A stretch of DNA of 64,000 nt from Candidatus Helarchaeota archaeon (GCA_019058315.1 JAHPZH010000004.1:32001-96000); one strand, 5' to 3'. Positions 19,657 through 30,319 are shown, counted from the stretch's first letter. Program-made: numbers and translations. Notes: generated by a model from the letters alone, not told the origin.

Positions 19657-21708
19657 TTGAAAGTTCTAAGTAAAATAAAAGAGTTAAATTGGAAAAAACT
19701 CAAAGAATTAAAGAATATCTTATTAATTTTCGGAGTATTAACTCTTTGTGTCAGCGGAGCTTTAGCTCTAAAGTTCAATGTTATTGATAATCCAACTTAT
19801 GAATCAGAATGGGACCTATATACAATTGAACACCCAATTTATGATATTTTACCAGTACGTATTGATTCAAATCTATATATTCCTAAGTTTGAATATAATT
19901 GGTATTTGTATTCTGAAAAAAACGATTATAAAATGCCAGTTATCATCATGGTTCATGGTTTTTCCTGTGATAAAGAATTTTTTAAGGGGTTAGCTTTAGA
20001 ATTTGCACGTCGAGGTTTTGCAACTGTTACAATTACTGCACGAGGTCATCATGGATCCAACGGAATCTTGGGCTTGACATGGGAAAATGAAGTTATGACT
20101 GCAGTTGATTATATCGAAGGGTTAGCAGATGCTGGTATGCCATTTGACATGGGGCGAATCGGATTAATTGGACATTCTATGGGTGCATATTCAGTTACTT
20201 TAGCTGGAAAGCTTGATGAAAGAATCAATGCAACTGTTGCTATTGCTGGTCCCACAGCAAATATAACTCAAGGAACCCTTTTAGACATTCTTTCAGGTGG
20301 AGAGGTTTATGGGGGATTCAGTTCATTACCTTTTACAATGCCAGGTCTAGTGCCTTATTTACAATACCCTTTTGGATATTCTTGGGAATCATATTCTGGA
20401 AATGCGGTAATTGTTGGCAATGTATCTAAGGATGGAAAAATATACGAGTGTAATAGTTCAAATCCAAGAAATTATCTTAATATTATTGGTACTATAGATG
20501 AAGCATTCACAGTATTTTCGGCACAAGAAGTTTTGTGGGAAATGGGGTTAAAAGATCCACCGTATAATATTTCAACTTATTGGCACGTTTTACGTAATCA
20601 TCTATATGGCGATTTCAATGGAACAGCTAGAAAATTAGTGACAATTCCAATGACGGAACATGTGTTCGAGCCAAATCATCCCATCACAATTTATGAATCT
20701 ATTAATTGGATGGAAAAATCTATGAAATTGGAACATCCAATTTACGGTTCTATAGAATATTTAATGTATCAAGTCTTATTCCGGGATTCTTTTGGTGAAA
20801 TTTTGCGTGTATCAGCACCTTGGATAAATCTATTGGGAATTGCCATAATATTTCTTCCACTTTCAATTTACTTAGGAAATTGGCTAAAAAGTAAACATAC
20901 AGAGGCAAAATTCGCAAAAGAAATAGAAAATAAAAAAATGTGGAAAATGTTTTTAATATATGGTTTAGCTTTCATTCTGATATCTCTAGTAACAGTCCCA
21001 ATCATTCAATCACTTAAAATCGTACCTTGGACGGATTATCTTGGCTCCAACATGATCCATATGTTTTTAGTCGTTCAATCAGTTCTATTTCTTCCAGTTT
21101 TAATAGCTTTAATAATTTACGAACGCAAAGCATTCAATGAGGATTGGGAAGATTTTGGAATTCACCCTCGAGCGTTTCCAAAAAGTGCCCTTTTCGGAAT
21201 TTTAATGGCTTTGGTTATATTCCTTATCATTAACGTAGTAATAGCCCCGACTTATTTCAATACATGGATTCAAAGACCAGAAAGTTTCTTAGAGATTTTT
21301 ATATGCATGCTATTTGTGTTCTCCGTCACAGAAATCTTATTTAGAGGTCTTATTCAGTCTAAATTATCTAGATATAGCAATGTAAAACTAAGATTTGTTT
21401 CTAAATATTTACCTGCATGGAAAGAATTTCTCTTAAGTTCTCTCATAACAGCAATAATTCAAGGACTGGGATTAGGTTTGATGTTTTCAATATTTCTATT
21501 TAATACTTCACTCTTAAAAACTAGTTTCTCTTGGGATGTAATTGGTTTGTGCTTCGGTATCTGTTTTTCCTTGTCGCTCTTAAATAATTGGCTTTACAGA
21601 AAACAACGAAATGTCATAGGGATTATAATCTTTGCTGCCTTTATCGTCAGTTGGGTTTCCACTTTATTCCCTGCAATTTCTGCTCCATTAAGATATCTAT
21701 TCTTTTAA
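19657..21708 (+). CDS. Tandem paralog: alpha/beta hydrolase plus CPBP-like TM domain
   Basis: VHGF, GHSMG, EILFRG; long identical blocks shared with the upstream gene. Confidence 0.85.
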   Translation: MKVLSKIKELNWKKLKELKNILLIFGVLTLCVSGALALKFNVIDNPTYESEWDLYTIEHPIYDILPVRIDSNLYIPKFEYNWYLYSEKNDYKMPVIIMVHGFSCDKEFFKGLALEFARRGFATVTITARGHHGSNGILGLTWENEVMTAVDYIEGLADAGMPFDMGRIGLIGHSMGAYSVTLAGKLDERINATVAIAGPTANITQGTLLDILSGGEVYGGFSSLPFTMPGLVPYLQYPFGYSWESYSGNAVIVGNVSKDGKIYECNSSNPRNYLNIIGTIDEAFTVFSAQEVLWEMGLKDPPYNISTYWHVLRNHLYGDFNGTARKLVTIPMTEHVFEPNHPITIYESINWMEKSMKLEHPIYGSIEYLMYQVLFRDSFGEILRVSAPWINLLGIAIIFLPLSIYLGNWLKSKHTEAKFAKEIENKKMWKMFLIYGLAFILISLVTVPIIQSLKIVPWTDYLGSNMIHMFLVVQSVLFLPVLIALIIYERKAFNEDWEDFGIHPRAFPKSALFGILMALVIFLIINVVIAPTYFNTWIQRPESFLEIFICMLFVFSVTEILFRGLIQSKLSRYSNVKLRFVSKYLPAWKEFLLSSLITAIIQGLGLGLMFSIFLFNTSLLKTSFSWDVIGLCFGICFSLSLLNNWLYRKQRNVIGIIIFAAFIVSWVSTLFPAISAPLRYLFF

Positions 21709-21931
21709 ATTAATTCTTTTTCTTTTTTTTTTAGATTTTTTAAGATTTAGACACTAGACTTTTAATTTCTAAAATTAGAGTTATTTAAAAGTTAAAAAAT
21801 ATTTACTAGCTTTTTCTGCACAAAATTTTAATTAAAGAGGATTATTAAATTATATGGAATAATTAGAGGAGTAAAAACCAAATAATTATTTTCCAAATAT
21901 AATTTTCAATCAATAAATGAGAGGAATATAG

Positions 21932-23353
21932 TTGAGAAATGAATTAAAATGGGTAGTAAATTCCTTACGATTCTTTTCAATCATTTTTTTTATTGCAGGT
22001 ATGGCAATGATTCTTGGAGGGGTAAGAGATGTTCGAGCCAATATTGATGCTTCAATATTTTTTCAATTCTGGATTAGTATACTAATAGGTTTCTTTATTT
22101 TATTTCTGGTAAATATAGGAGGCATAATAAATGGCATCTATTTTGTTGGATTTGCTATTGTATTTGAAATAATCGCCATTCTTATTTATATATATGCGAC
22201 ATCTGGTAGCAATAATACCGAAAAAAAAGAACTTCAGTATGTTTCATATATTTTTGTTTTTCTATTATTCATTCTTTCATTAGTTGGAATGAATTTGGTT
22301 CATCAAGGAGCGTATGCTGTTCGTGGGTTTGTAGATTTGATAATAATTATTACTTGGTTTTATAATATGTTTTTAGGTTTCTTAATGCTATTTATGGTAA
22401 ACACAGCAGGTATCGTAGGTGGGACAGCTGTAATTGGTGCTGCTCTTGTATTTGAGATAACTGTTATGATATTAGGACTAATTCCATCTACCGATATTGA
22501 AGATATAAGAATGAGTGAAAGGATTCCAATTAAAGACACAATAAGCTATAAAAGCCAAAGAGAAATTATAGGGATTTCAAAACCAAATAAGCCACAAGCT
22601 GTTAAATATGAAGAGATGCCCATTAATCAAACATCAATTTCCCGTGAAACTATACCATCAGCAATTTTACGAGAAGGCCCCCAAAATCTATTTATAGCTA
22701 CGGAAGGCATTAGTTTTAGTAAAGGGATCTGGGATTTAAGAAATAACTATGCTGCCACTTTGATAATATATTCTAATGGGATAATAATAAAACCAATAAT
22801 TTCAATACTTTCTGATATTAATATTCAAATAAATCAAATTTCTAAAACAATTCAAGCCCCCAATATGCAAATTATTGAAATCCTGTTAAAAAATAATGAA
22901 AGATATTCTATACATTTTAATAAAATGGAACTTTTTAATCAATTTTGTAACATAATCTCTAAAATAAGAGGTGAAAGTGTTCCTGACCAATTACAAATTC
23001 GGAAACAAGAGAAAGAAGTATTATTGAAGAAACCAAAGTTAGAAGAACCACGCGACTATATAAAAAAAATTTCTGGAGTATATGATGAAATATCCTTTGA
23101 AAAACTAATAATAAAAACAAATTATAATGTTACTGAACTTGAAAATCTTATTGAAGAAATGATTATTAATGGTGAAATCCAAGCAAAAATTAAACCAAAC
23201 TCTGTAGTTTTCTTAAATAAAAATGATATTACAGAAGAACGCAAATTGAAAAAAATGAATGATTATTTAGTAAAAGTTTTGAAAATCAGATTAGCTAAGG
23301 GAGAAATAACCGAGGAAGATTATGATAGATTAGTTGAAAAGATAAAAATATGA
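21932..23353 (+). CDS. Multi-TM protein with PH-like, PCI/winged-helix-like and SHOCT domains
   Basis: About 6 N-terminal TMs; YDEISFEKL...LENLIEEMIINGEIQAKI (PCI-like); LKIRLAKGEITEEDY (SHOCT). Confidence 0.65.
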   Translation: MRNELKWVVNSLRFFSIIFFIAGMAMILGGVRDVRANIDASIFFQFWISILIGFFILFLVNIGGIINGIYFVGFAIVFEIIAILIYIYATSGSNNTEKKELQYVSYIFVFLLFILSLVGMNLVHQGAYAVRGFVDLIIIITWFYNMFLGFLMLFMVNTAGIVGGTAVIGAALVFEITVMILGLIPSTDIEDIRMSERIPIKDTISYKSQREIIGISKPNKPQAVKYEEMPINQTSISRETIPSAILREGPQNLFIATEGISFSKGIWDLRNNYAATLIIYSNGIIIKPIISILSDINIQINQISKTIQAPNMQIIEILLKNNERYSIHFNKMELFNQFCNIISKIRGESVPDQLQIRKQEKEVLLKKPKLEEPRDYIKKISGVYDEISFEKLIIKTNYNVTELENLIEEMIINGEIQAKIKPNSVVFLNKNDITEERKLKKMNDYLVKVLKIRLAKGEITEEDYDRLVEKIKI

Positions 23354-23525
23354 ACTAAATCTAAACTAATAAAATATATATTCTTTTTTTCGATCATTTA
23401 TGTTAAAAAGTGTAAATTGATTATTATAATAAAAAAAAATCCTGAGATTTAGGAATAAATTTCTCTAGCTTTTATTAAACCTCCTTTATTTTCAAAGGTA
23501 TATTTAAATATCTTTTAATATATTA

Positions 23526-23546
23526 TTGGTTGGATAATCCATCCAA
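23526..23546. promoter_or_regulatory. 21-bp near-perfect palindrome, candidate operator
   Basis: TTGGTTGGAT-A-ATCCATCCAA (one mismatched pair), between a TATA-like TATATTTAAATA and the btuF-like start. Confidence 0.55.
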
Positions 23547-23577
23547 AACTTATTTTAAAATATAACGTTGTGATCAA

Positions 23578-24558
23578 ATGGCTCAAGCAAATACGGTCTT
23601 AATTGGTGGTATAATTGCAGCAATAGGTATGGCAGCATTTATACCGATTTATCTCATTTTCCAACCTCCCAATGCACCATTACTTCCTCTTCTTTTGGAT
23701 CTTCAGAATAAAAAAATTGTTGTCGATGGTCTTGGACGACCAGTTGAAATACCTAAGAATCCTAAAAGAATAGTTTCTTTGGCTCCCTCAAATACTGAAA
23801 TTCTACATAATATATCATGTGAAAAAAGTAGAGTAGTAGGAAAATCATTCTACTGTAATTATCCTCCGGAATGGAGCGATATTATGGTAATTGGTGATTT
23901 TATTGGACCTGATATTGATTTAATCTTTAGCGTTTTTCCTGATTTAGTTCTTGGTAGAAATGTACAACAACAAATAGATTTAATCCCACAATTAGAAGCT
24001 GCTAATATTCCAATATTTATAATGCCTATTGAGGATACTGTCGAAGATATTTTTTCTAATATGAATTTAATGGGATATTTAATCAATAAAGAAACAAATG
24101 CTTCTCAAATGGTAACTAAATTAGAAAATGCTCTAGAAAAAATTACTAATTCTGTTAATGGAACTGGAAATAGTACATTACTTCCAATTCGAGTAAAAAC
24201 TTATTATGAAATCTGGAATGATCCGGTCTATATAGCAGGAGGTGGTACTTTTATTGGAGATGCACTATATAAAGCTGGTGGCATTAATTTAGGTTCTTTC
24301 TTCGCCGGATCTTGGCCTTCTTTAGATTTACCAGCTCTTGAATTGGCAGCTTTAAATCCTGAACATATTGTGATCCCAAACTGGTATAATTGGAATGATA
24401 TTGATTCACGAACAGGTTGGAGTAGTGTTCCTGCAGTAGTAAATGATAATTATACAGCGATAAATTCAGATCTAATAGAAAGACCGGGACCAAGAATAGT
24501 CGATGCAATTTATATATTAGCAAAAAATATGGTTCCAAATTTATTTCCATGGCTTTAA
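23578..24558 (+). CDS. btuF: Cobalamin/Fe-chelate ABC transporter substrate-binding protein
   Basis: DGLGRPVEIP..PKRIVSLAPSNTEIL, GGGTFI, RPGPRIVDA; N-terminal TM anchor. Confidence 0.8.
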   Translation: MAQANTVLIGGIIAAIGMAAFIPIYLIFQPPNAPLLPLLLDLQNKKIVVDGLGRPVEIPKNPKRIVSLAPSNTEILHNISCEKSRVVGKSFYCNYPPEWSDIMVIGDFIGPDIDLIFSVFPDLVLGRNVQQQIDLIPQLEAANIPIFIMPIEDTVEDIFSNMNLMGYLINKETNASQMVTKLENALEKITNSVNGTGNSTLLPIRVKTYYEIWNDPVYIAGGGTFIGDALYKAGGINLGSFFAGSWPSLDLPALELAALNPEHIVIPNWYNWNDIDSRTGWSSVPAVVNDNYTAINSDLIERPGPRIVDAIYILAKNMVPNLFPWL

Positions 24559-24632
24559 ACTAGAAAAATCCACTAAATCTTCTTTATGGGACTGAATGGA
24601 ATAAATTTTTTAACCTATTAATTTAAATTCAG

Positions 24633-26000
24633 ATGAAAATGAGTAATTCGATAGAGAATTCAGGAGAAAAGATTGAAAAAAAATACTTAAAAAGAAAAAT
24701 TGTAACAAGAATTCTTAATATTTCACTAATTTTAGCGTCTATCTTTACTTTAATTTTTTTATTATCTGTTGGGGAATTGCATATTATTCCATATGACTTA
24801 ATATGGTTATTTTTCATGTATCGTCTTGGTGTTCCATTTGCAGTGAATTTAATGGGAATGATTGCTTATTTTAACTATGAGTTTTATACTATTCTTGAAG
24901 TGATGAATGCTACAGTTTTTGATACTAGAATGCCAAGGATTCTGTTAGCATTTGCTGTTGGGATGGGTTTATCAATTACTGGAATAGTTATGCAGGGTCT
25001 CTTTAAAAACCCATTAGCCGATTCATATATTTTAGGAATTTCTTCTGGAGCTGGGTTAGGTGCCACTATTGCCATTACTTTTAATTTAGCTATGTTATTT
25101 CAAGTTTGGACCTTTACAAATATGTTGACATTTTATACTTTAGATGTGGGTTTTGCATCTTATATTTCAAATTTTATGTATAGTATAACTATTTCTTTAT
25201 GTTCTTTCTTATTTTCTTGCATAATAACTTTTCTAGTTTATTATTTAGCTAAAGGGAGAGGAGAAATTTCAGTAGAAACCCTATTACTATCAGGTATTGC
25301 TCTATCATTTATTTTTGTATCCATAACACAGCTTTTTGTTCTTCTTTCACGCGAACAAATTCATCAAACTTTCTTATGGGGAATTGGTGGGTTCAGTGGA
25401 GCAAATTGGGTAGATGTAATAATTACAGGTCCTGTGGTTATCGCAACAAGTTCAATTTTATTACTTTATGGGAATGATATTAATGTAATGGTATTTGGAG
25501 ATGATGTTGCTAAATCAATGGGAACAGATGTTCATAAATCAAGAAAAATATTAATAGTTCTGGTTTCTATAGAAACCGCGATATGTGTTGCATTTGTTGG
25601 TCCAATTGCTTTTGTTGGATTAATTTGCCCACAAATCATCCGCCTCTTAGTAGGAAATGATCATCGTAAATTGATGCCACTTGCTGCACTTTTTGGAGGA
25701 TTATTTCTTGTTTGGATGGATTTTATTGCACAAACTATTTTAGATCCAGGAAATTACTTAAATGTTTATCTTAATAATTTAGTAAAAATCCATGTTGATA
25801 ATTTAATACAGGATTATCTTAATAATATAATTAATATCCCCGTAGTTGGAGAATTATTAGCTAAAGTATTAAATAATATTATTCCTCAAAAAATAATGGG
25901 TGCAGATCTACCAGTAGGGATTATTACTTCCTTAATTGGAGGTCCATTTTTTATAATCCTTTTATTAATTAAAAGAAAAAGAATTTTTTTAGGTAGTTAA
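24633..26000 (+). CDS. btuC: BtuC/FecCD-family ABC permease
   Basis: RMPRILLA, QGLFKNPLADSYILGISSGA, GPIAFVGL, LPVGIITSLIGGPFF. Confidence 0.85.
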   Translation: MKMSNSIENSGEKIEKKYLKRKIVTRILNISLILASIFTLIFLLSVGELHIIPYDLIWLFFMYRLGVPFAVNLMGMIAYFNYEFYTILEVMNATVFDTRMPRILLAFAVGMGLSITGIVMQGLFKNPLADSYILGISSGAGLGATIAITFNLAMLFQVWTFTNMLTFYTLDVGFASYISNFMYSITISLCSFLFSCIITFLVYYLAKGRGEISVETLLLSGIALSFIFVSITQLFVLLSREQIHQTFLWGIGGFSGANWVDVIITGPVVIATSSILLLYGNDINVMVFGDDVAKSMGTDVHKSRKILIVLVSIETAICVAFVGPIAFVGLICPQIIRLLVGNDHRKLMPLAALFGGLFLVWMDFIAQTILDPGNYLNVYLNNLVKIHVDNLIQDYLNNIINIPVVGELLAKVLNNIIPQKIMGADLPVGIITSLIGGPFFIILLLIKRKRIFLGS

Positions 26001-27245
26001 ATGAGTGTTGAAATAAATAAATTAAATTTTTTTTATGGTAAGAGTCATACTTTAAAAAATATCTCTTTTCAAGTCGAAAAAGGTGAATTTATAGGTATTG
26101 TAGGACCAAATGGAAGTGGTAAAACAACTCTATTAAAAATAATTGATAGACTTTTAAAATACGAATCAGGGATAATATCGATAAATGGAAGAGACTTATA
26201 TTCATATAGTTTGAGAGAGCTAGCGCGAACTATATCTTTTGTTCCTCAGACAAGTCATTTAACATTTGATTTTACAGCTTATGAAATCGCATTAATGGGA
26301 CGCAATCCGCATATTGGAAAATTTGAAGTAGAAACAAAGGAAGATTATGAAATAATACAAAAAATTTTCGAACTTACTAACTGTATCGAACTTGCAAATC
26401 GAAATTTTAATGATCTAAGTGGTGGTGAACAACAAAAAATTATTTTTTCGCGAGCTCTAGTTCAAGAACCTGAAATTCTACTATTAGATGAACCAACCAC
26501 ACATCTAGATATCTACAACCAGATTGAATATATGGAATTACTTAAGAAATTTCAAAATGATGGGTTGACCATAATTATGGTAGTACATGATTTAAACCTA
26601 GCAGCTCAATATTGTGATAGATTAATTCTAATGTCCGAGGGTAGTATATATTCAATGGGTTCAATTGAAGAAGTTTTAACTGAAGATAATATTAAAGAAG
26701 TCTTTAATATTGATGTAATTACACATAAAAGTTACATTACAGATTCAATCCATATTGTTCCTTATTTGAAATTTATCAAAGAGACACATCCCGTTAGAAT
26801 CCATATAATCTGTGGAGGAGGGAGTGGAGCAAAGATACTTCATCTATTTAAAAATTTCAAAGTTTCAGTTGGAGTATTAAATGCGGCTGATAGTGACTAT
26901 GAAGTAGCTAAACTTTATGATTATCAGATTATTACTGAAAAACCATTTTCCCCAATCTCAAATGAATCTTATGAAGAAATATTGAGAGTTCTAGAAGATG
27001 TAAGATATATAATTTTTTGTAATTTTCCAATTGGTATAGGTAACTTAAGAAATTTAGAATGTTTGCTCGATTTAGAAAAAGAAATTATTATTTACGAAGA
27101 AACTGATATTGACCTTCGGGATTTTACAAATGGAAAAGCAAAAAAAATGTATGAGGAATTAAAAAAACACCCTAATGTTCGAGTCTTCAATGAAATAAAT
27201 GAAATTTTCAAATTCATTAAATCAGAAATTAATAAAGAGGTGTAA
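26001..27245 (+). CDS. btuD: ABC ATPase (BtuD/FepC family) with C-terminal extension
   Basis: GPNGSGKTT, LSGGEQQ, LLLDEPT, HDLNLA; extra domain beginning HIICGGGSG. Confidence 0.85.
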   Translation: MSVEINKLNFFYGKSHTLKNISFQVEKGEFIGIVGPNGSGKTTLLKIIDRLLKYESGIISINGRDLYSYSLRELARTISFVPQTSHLTFDFTAYEIALMGRNPHIGKFEVETKEDYEIIQKIFELTNCIELANRNFNDLSGGEQQKIIFSRALVQEPEILLLDEPTTHLDIYNQIEYMELLKKFQNDGLTIIMVVHDLNLAAQYCDRLILMSEGSIYSMGSIEEVLTEDNIKEVFNIDVITHKSYITDSIHIVPYLKFIKETHPVRIHIICGGGSGAKILHLFKNFKVSVGVLNAADSDYEVAKLYDYQIITEKPFSPISNESYEEILRVLEDVRYIIFCNFPIGIGNLRNLECLLDLEKEIIIYEETDIDLRDFTNGKAKKMYEELKKHPNVRVFNEINEIFKFIKSEINKEV

Positions 27246-27300
27246 GAATATTCATCATATAAATTCAAATAATATTAAAAATTTTAAGATTAATAGTAAT

Positions 27301-27978
27301 ATGGGAGCTAGAAAATTGTCAAATGAACCTTCAATTCGGACAATATTGAATAATTTTATTGAAAATAAGGCTCCCGGTCCTAAATCAAATATATTTGTCT
27401 TTCATCTCGAGCAAGCATTAAGATTCATTGCAGAAGGAGATATTAATCGTAAAAACAAGCCAATAGGTCGTCAAAAATTGGCAAACATCCTTGGCTTAGG
27501 TGCAGGAAGTATAAGAAGCTTATTAAAATTATTAAAAAAAGAAAATTTGATTCAAACTTCTAAATCAGGAAATGAAATTTCAAAAAAAGGTGAAAATTAC
27601 TTAAAAAAATTAAAAAAAGTAATCCCAAATACCGAAATGGAAATTAAATCAGCAAATGATTTGACAAATTCTACAAACAATTTTGCTCTACTAATAAAAG
27701 ACTGTTCAGAAAAAATTGAAACTGGAATGGTTCAGCGGGATGCTGCAATAAAAATTGGAGCAACTGGTGCTATTACGATTATACTTAAAGATGGAAAATA
27801 TAGTATTCCACAAATCAAAGGTTTTAATGATCTCCAGAATGAATATCCCCAATTTGTTAAAGAATTAGAGACCAAACTACAAATCGAGGAAAACGATATT
27901 ATTATAATTGGAACAGCTGATGATTCAATTAAAGCAAGAACAGGAGTTTGGGCTGCAGCTTATTCCCTGATATTATAA
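27301..27978 (+). CDS. Winged-HTH protein with DUF4443-like C-terminal domain, putative regulator
   Basis: IGRQKLANILGLGAGSIRSLL HTH; QRDAAIKIGATGA; ATG 27301 preferred because it avoids overlap with btuD. Confidence 0.7.
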   Translation: MGARKLSNEPSIRTILNNFIENKAPGPKSNIFVFHLEQALRFIAEGDINRKNKPIGRQKLANILGLGAGSIRSLLKLLKKENLIQTSKSGNEISKKGENYLKKLKKVIPNTEMEIKSANDLTNSTNNFALLIKDCSEKIETGMVQRDAAIKIGATGAITIILKDGKYSIPQIKGFNDLQNEYPQFVKELETKLQIEENDIIIIGTADDSIKARTGVWAAAYSLIL

Positions 27979-28037
27979 TAGAATAAAGAAGTAAGTTTTT
28001 AATTTTTATATTTACAGAATTTTGAATATAATTGAAT

Positions 28038-28496
28038 TTATTCCCCTAATCGCTCACCAATTTCAATACATTTTTGAACATCTTTTTGTGATGCTTTGGG
28101 TCCTGTCCATAAACTTCCTGGGGCTCCAGCTAGAATAGCAATTTTATCAACTCTTATATTAGAGTTTTTTTCCTTTAACATCTTCTCCATAATATCAATA
28201 GCACGATTACCTCCGACACCTGCATAGCAAGTAACAAGTCCAATTCGTTTATTATTTAAATCATCTGGAGTAAAATTTTTAATAAAATCTGAAATCTTTC
28301 TAGCGGGACCCCACATATGCGTTGGAGAACCGATTACCAAAATTTCATATTGCGAGAAATCTATATTATTGTGTTTTATTTCTCTCACATTAAAAATTTC
28401 AAATTCCACCTCTCTTTTTTCTAATCCTTTTGAAATATTTTCAACTGCTTGCTTTGTGTGATTTGTTATAGTATAATATATTAAAATTGCTCTCAT
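28038..28496 (-). CDS. Flavodoxin family protein
   Basis: YYTITNHTK, VIGSPT, flavodoxin-like length. Confidence 0.8.
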   Translation of the reverse strand: MRAILIYYTITNHTKQAVENISKGLEKREVEFEIFNVREIKHNNIDFSQYEILVIGSPTHMWGPARKISDFIKNFTPDDLNNKRIGLVTCYAGVGGNRAIDIMEKMLKEKNSNIRVDKIAILAGAPGSLWTGPKASQKDVQKCIEIGERLGE

Positions 28497-28571
28497 TTTA
28501 CCACTTCGATTTTAAATGTTTTTTCATATAATATTAAAAGTGTCTTAACTTAAATGAATGGATAGAAAATC

Positions 28572-30035
28572 ATGCCGATGCCCTTTTTAGGAAAAAATCA
28601 TCTATATTGGTGCAATAACTGTAATATTCCCATATTAGAAAAAAATAACTGCAGTATTTGCAATTTTTCCACTGAAAAAGTTCCTATAACCGCTCCATAT
28701 GATGTTAGACCTGCATTTGATAAAGATTTGGAATTAATTAGAAGAACAATCGATAATCAATTTGGAAAAGGTTTGGGTCTAAAAGTTATTGAAGATCATA
28801 AAATAATCTTGTTGAATAAAGCACCTTACTTTGATCGTATGGATGAGATTATTTTAGATGGAAAAATTCTAGGAACTATTAGATATAATATTGAAAGGGC
28901 TCAACCAATATGGGAATTTATCCCCAGAATTGAGGGTGCAAAACGACTAGCAAAATTTGGATGTAAAAAATGGGTTAAAGTTGATGAGGACGCTGTAAAA
29001 TTCATTCGTCAAGCTGCTAATGTGTTAGCTCCCGGTGTTATTGATAATGATAATTCTATAGAATATGATGAATATGTTATTGTAATTAATCCAAATTCAG
29101 AAGCGATTGGAATAGGTGTTAGTAGAGCTACGGGGAAAGAAATCCCAAAAAAGAAAAAAGGGATGGTTGTTAAAACAAAACGAGGAATTCAAGATGCAAC
29201 ATTAAACATCTTACCTTCAGGACAAACTTGGGATTTAGTGCTTGAAGCAAATAGTAAAATGTTAGAAAATAAAGAAAAACACGCTTTGAATTTAATTAAA
29301 AACGTTATTAAAAGGTATGATCTGCCAAAATTGGTCTCTTTTTCCGGTGGAAAGGATTCAATTTGTACTTTAATGTTGGTGCTTGAGAGTGGTATTGATT
29401 TTAAAGTTTTTTATTTAGATACTGGGATAGAGTTTGAAGAAACACTAAATTATGTTAATGAAATTATCCGAGATTTTAAACTAAACGATTCATTTATTTT
29501 GTGTAAAACTGATGAAGACTTCTTTAAAAATATTGAAACACAAGGAGTTCCTGGTAAAGATTATCGATGGTGTAATAGATTATTAAAATTAAATGTTATT
29601 ATCCAGATGATAGAACAAAATTTTCCAGAAGGTATTATCACATTTGTTGGGTCTCGGAAGTATGAAAGTTTTTCAAGATATCAAGATTCTCTTAAAGGGC
29701 ACATTGTTAAGAGTAAATTAATTAATAAACAGATTAACGTTAATCTAATAATAAACTGGACTGCCTTACATGTGTGGTTATATATTTTTTCAAAAAAAGT
29801 TAAATACAACCCTCTTTACAAATTGGGTTACGAAAGAATCGGCTGTATGTATTGTCCTGCAAACAAACTTGCAGATTTGGAAATTTTAAAAGAAATTCAC
29901 CCCGAATTATATGAGAAATGGCATAAAATTCTTGAAAATCAAGCCAAAAAGTTCAATTATCCACAAGAATGGATTACAAAGGGGTTTTGGAGATATAATA
30001 ATAAAGAAAAATGGAGATTAAACACTGATTATTGA
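28572..30035 (+). CDS. PAPS reductase family protein with N-terminal Zn ribbon and PUA domain
   Basis: WCNNCN..CSIC, PUA-like NVLAPGV, SFSGGKDS, RWC, ES..R, YNPLY..GYERIGCMYCP. Confidence 0.88.
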   Translation: MPMPFLGKNHLYWCNNCNIPILEKNNCSICNFSTEKVPITAPYDVRPAFDKDLELIRRTIDNQFGKGLGLKVIEDHKIILLNKAPYFDRMDEIILDGKILGTIRYNIERAQPIWEFIPRIEGAKRLAKFGCKKWVKVDEDAVKFIRQAANVLAPGVIDNDNSIEYDEYVIVINPNSEAIGIGVSRATGKEIPKKKKGMVVKTKRGIQDATLNILPSGQTWDLVLEANSKMLENKEKHALNLIKNVIKRYDLPKLVSFSGGKDSICTLMLVLESGIDFKVFYLDTGIEFEETLNYVNEIIRDFKLNDSFILCKTDEDFFKNIETQGVPGKDYRWCNRLLKLNVIIQMIEQNFPEGIITFVGSRKYESFSRYQDSLKGHIVKSKLINKQINVNLIINWTALHVWLYIFSKKVKYNPLYKLGYERIGCMYCPANKLADLEILKEIHPELYEKWHKILENQAKKFNYPQEWITKGFWRYNNKEKWRLNTDY

Positions 30036-30118
30036 ATATTTTATTAAAAAATTATTCTCTAACATATTTTTTTTATGTCTCTAATTTAAGTTGATCCAAT
30101 TATTTTGTACAATAGGGA

Positions 30119-30241
30119 ATGAGTTCAGTAAGTAAAAACAGAAAATTATACAAAAAAAAGTTAGACAAATCTAGAGCAAGATTTGGTAGAAGAATTTACA
30201 GGTTAAAAATGACTTTCAAAAAAAATAAGTCTAAAACTTAA
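30119..30241 (+). CDS. Putative 40-aa highly basic small protein (below ORF-track cutoff)
   Basis: MSSVSKNRKLYKKKLDKSRARFGRRIYRLKMTFKKNKSKT*, followed by a T8 tract. Confidence 0.35.
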   Translation: MSSVSKNRKLYKKKLDKSRARFGRRIYRLKMTFKKNKSKT

Positions 30242-30319
30242 TTTTTTTTAGCCAGATTATATGTTCATTTCCATATTAACATATTATTCTTAAAAAAAAA
30301 GATTTTAGAATTAATGGAT

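Noticed and set aside
27199-27300. Extended N-terminus of the HTH gene overlapping btuD
   Set aside because: Low-complexity AT-rich translation; ATG 27301 gives a non-overlapping start.
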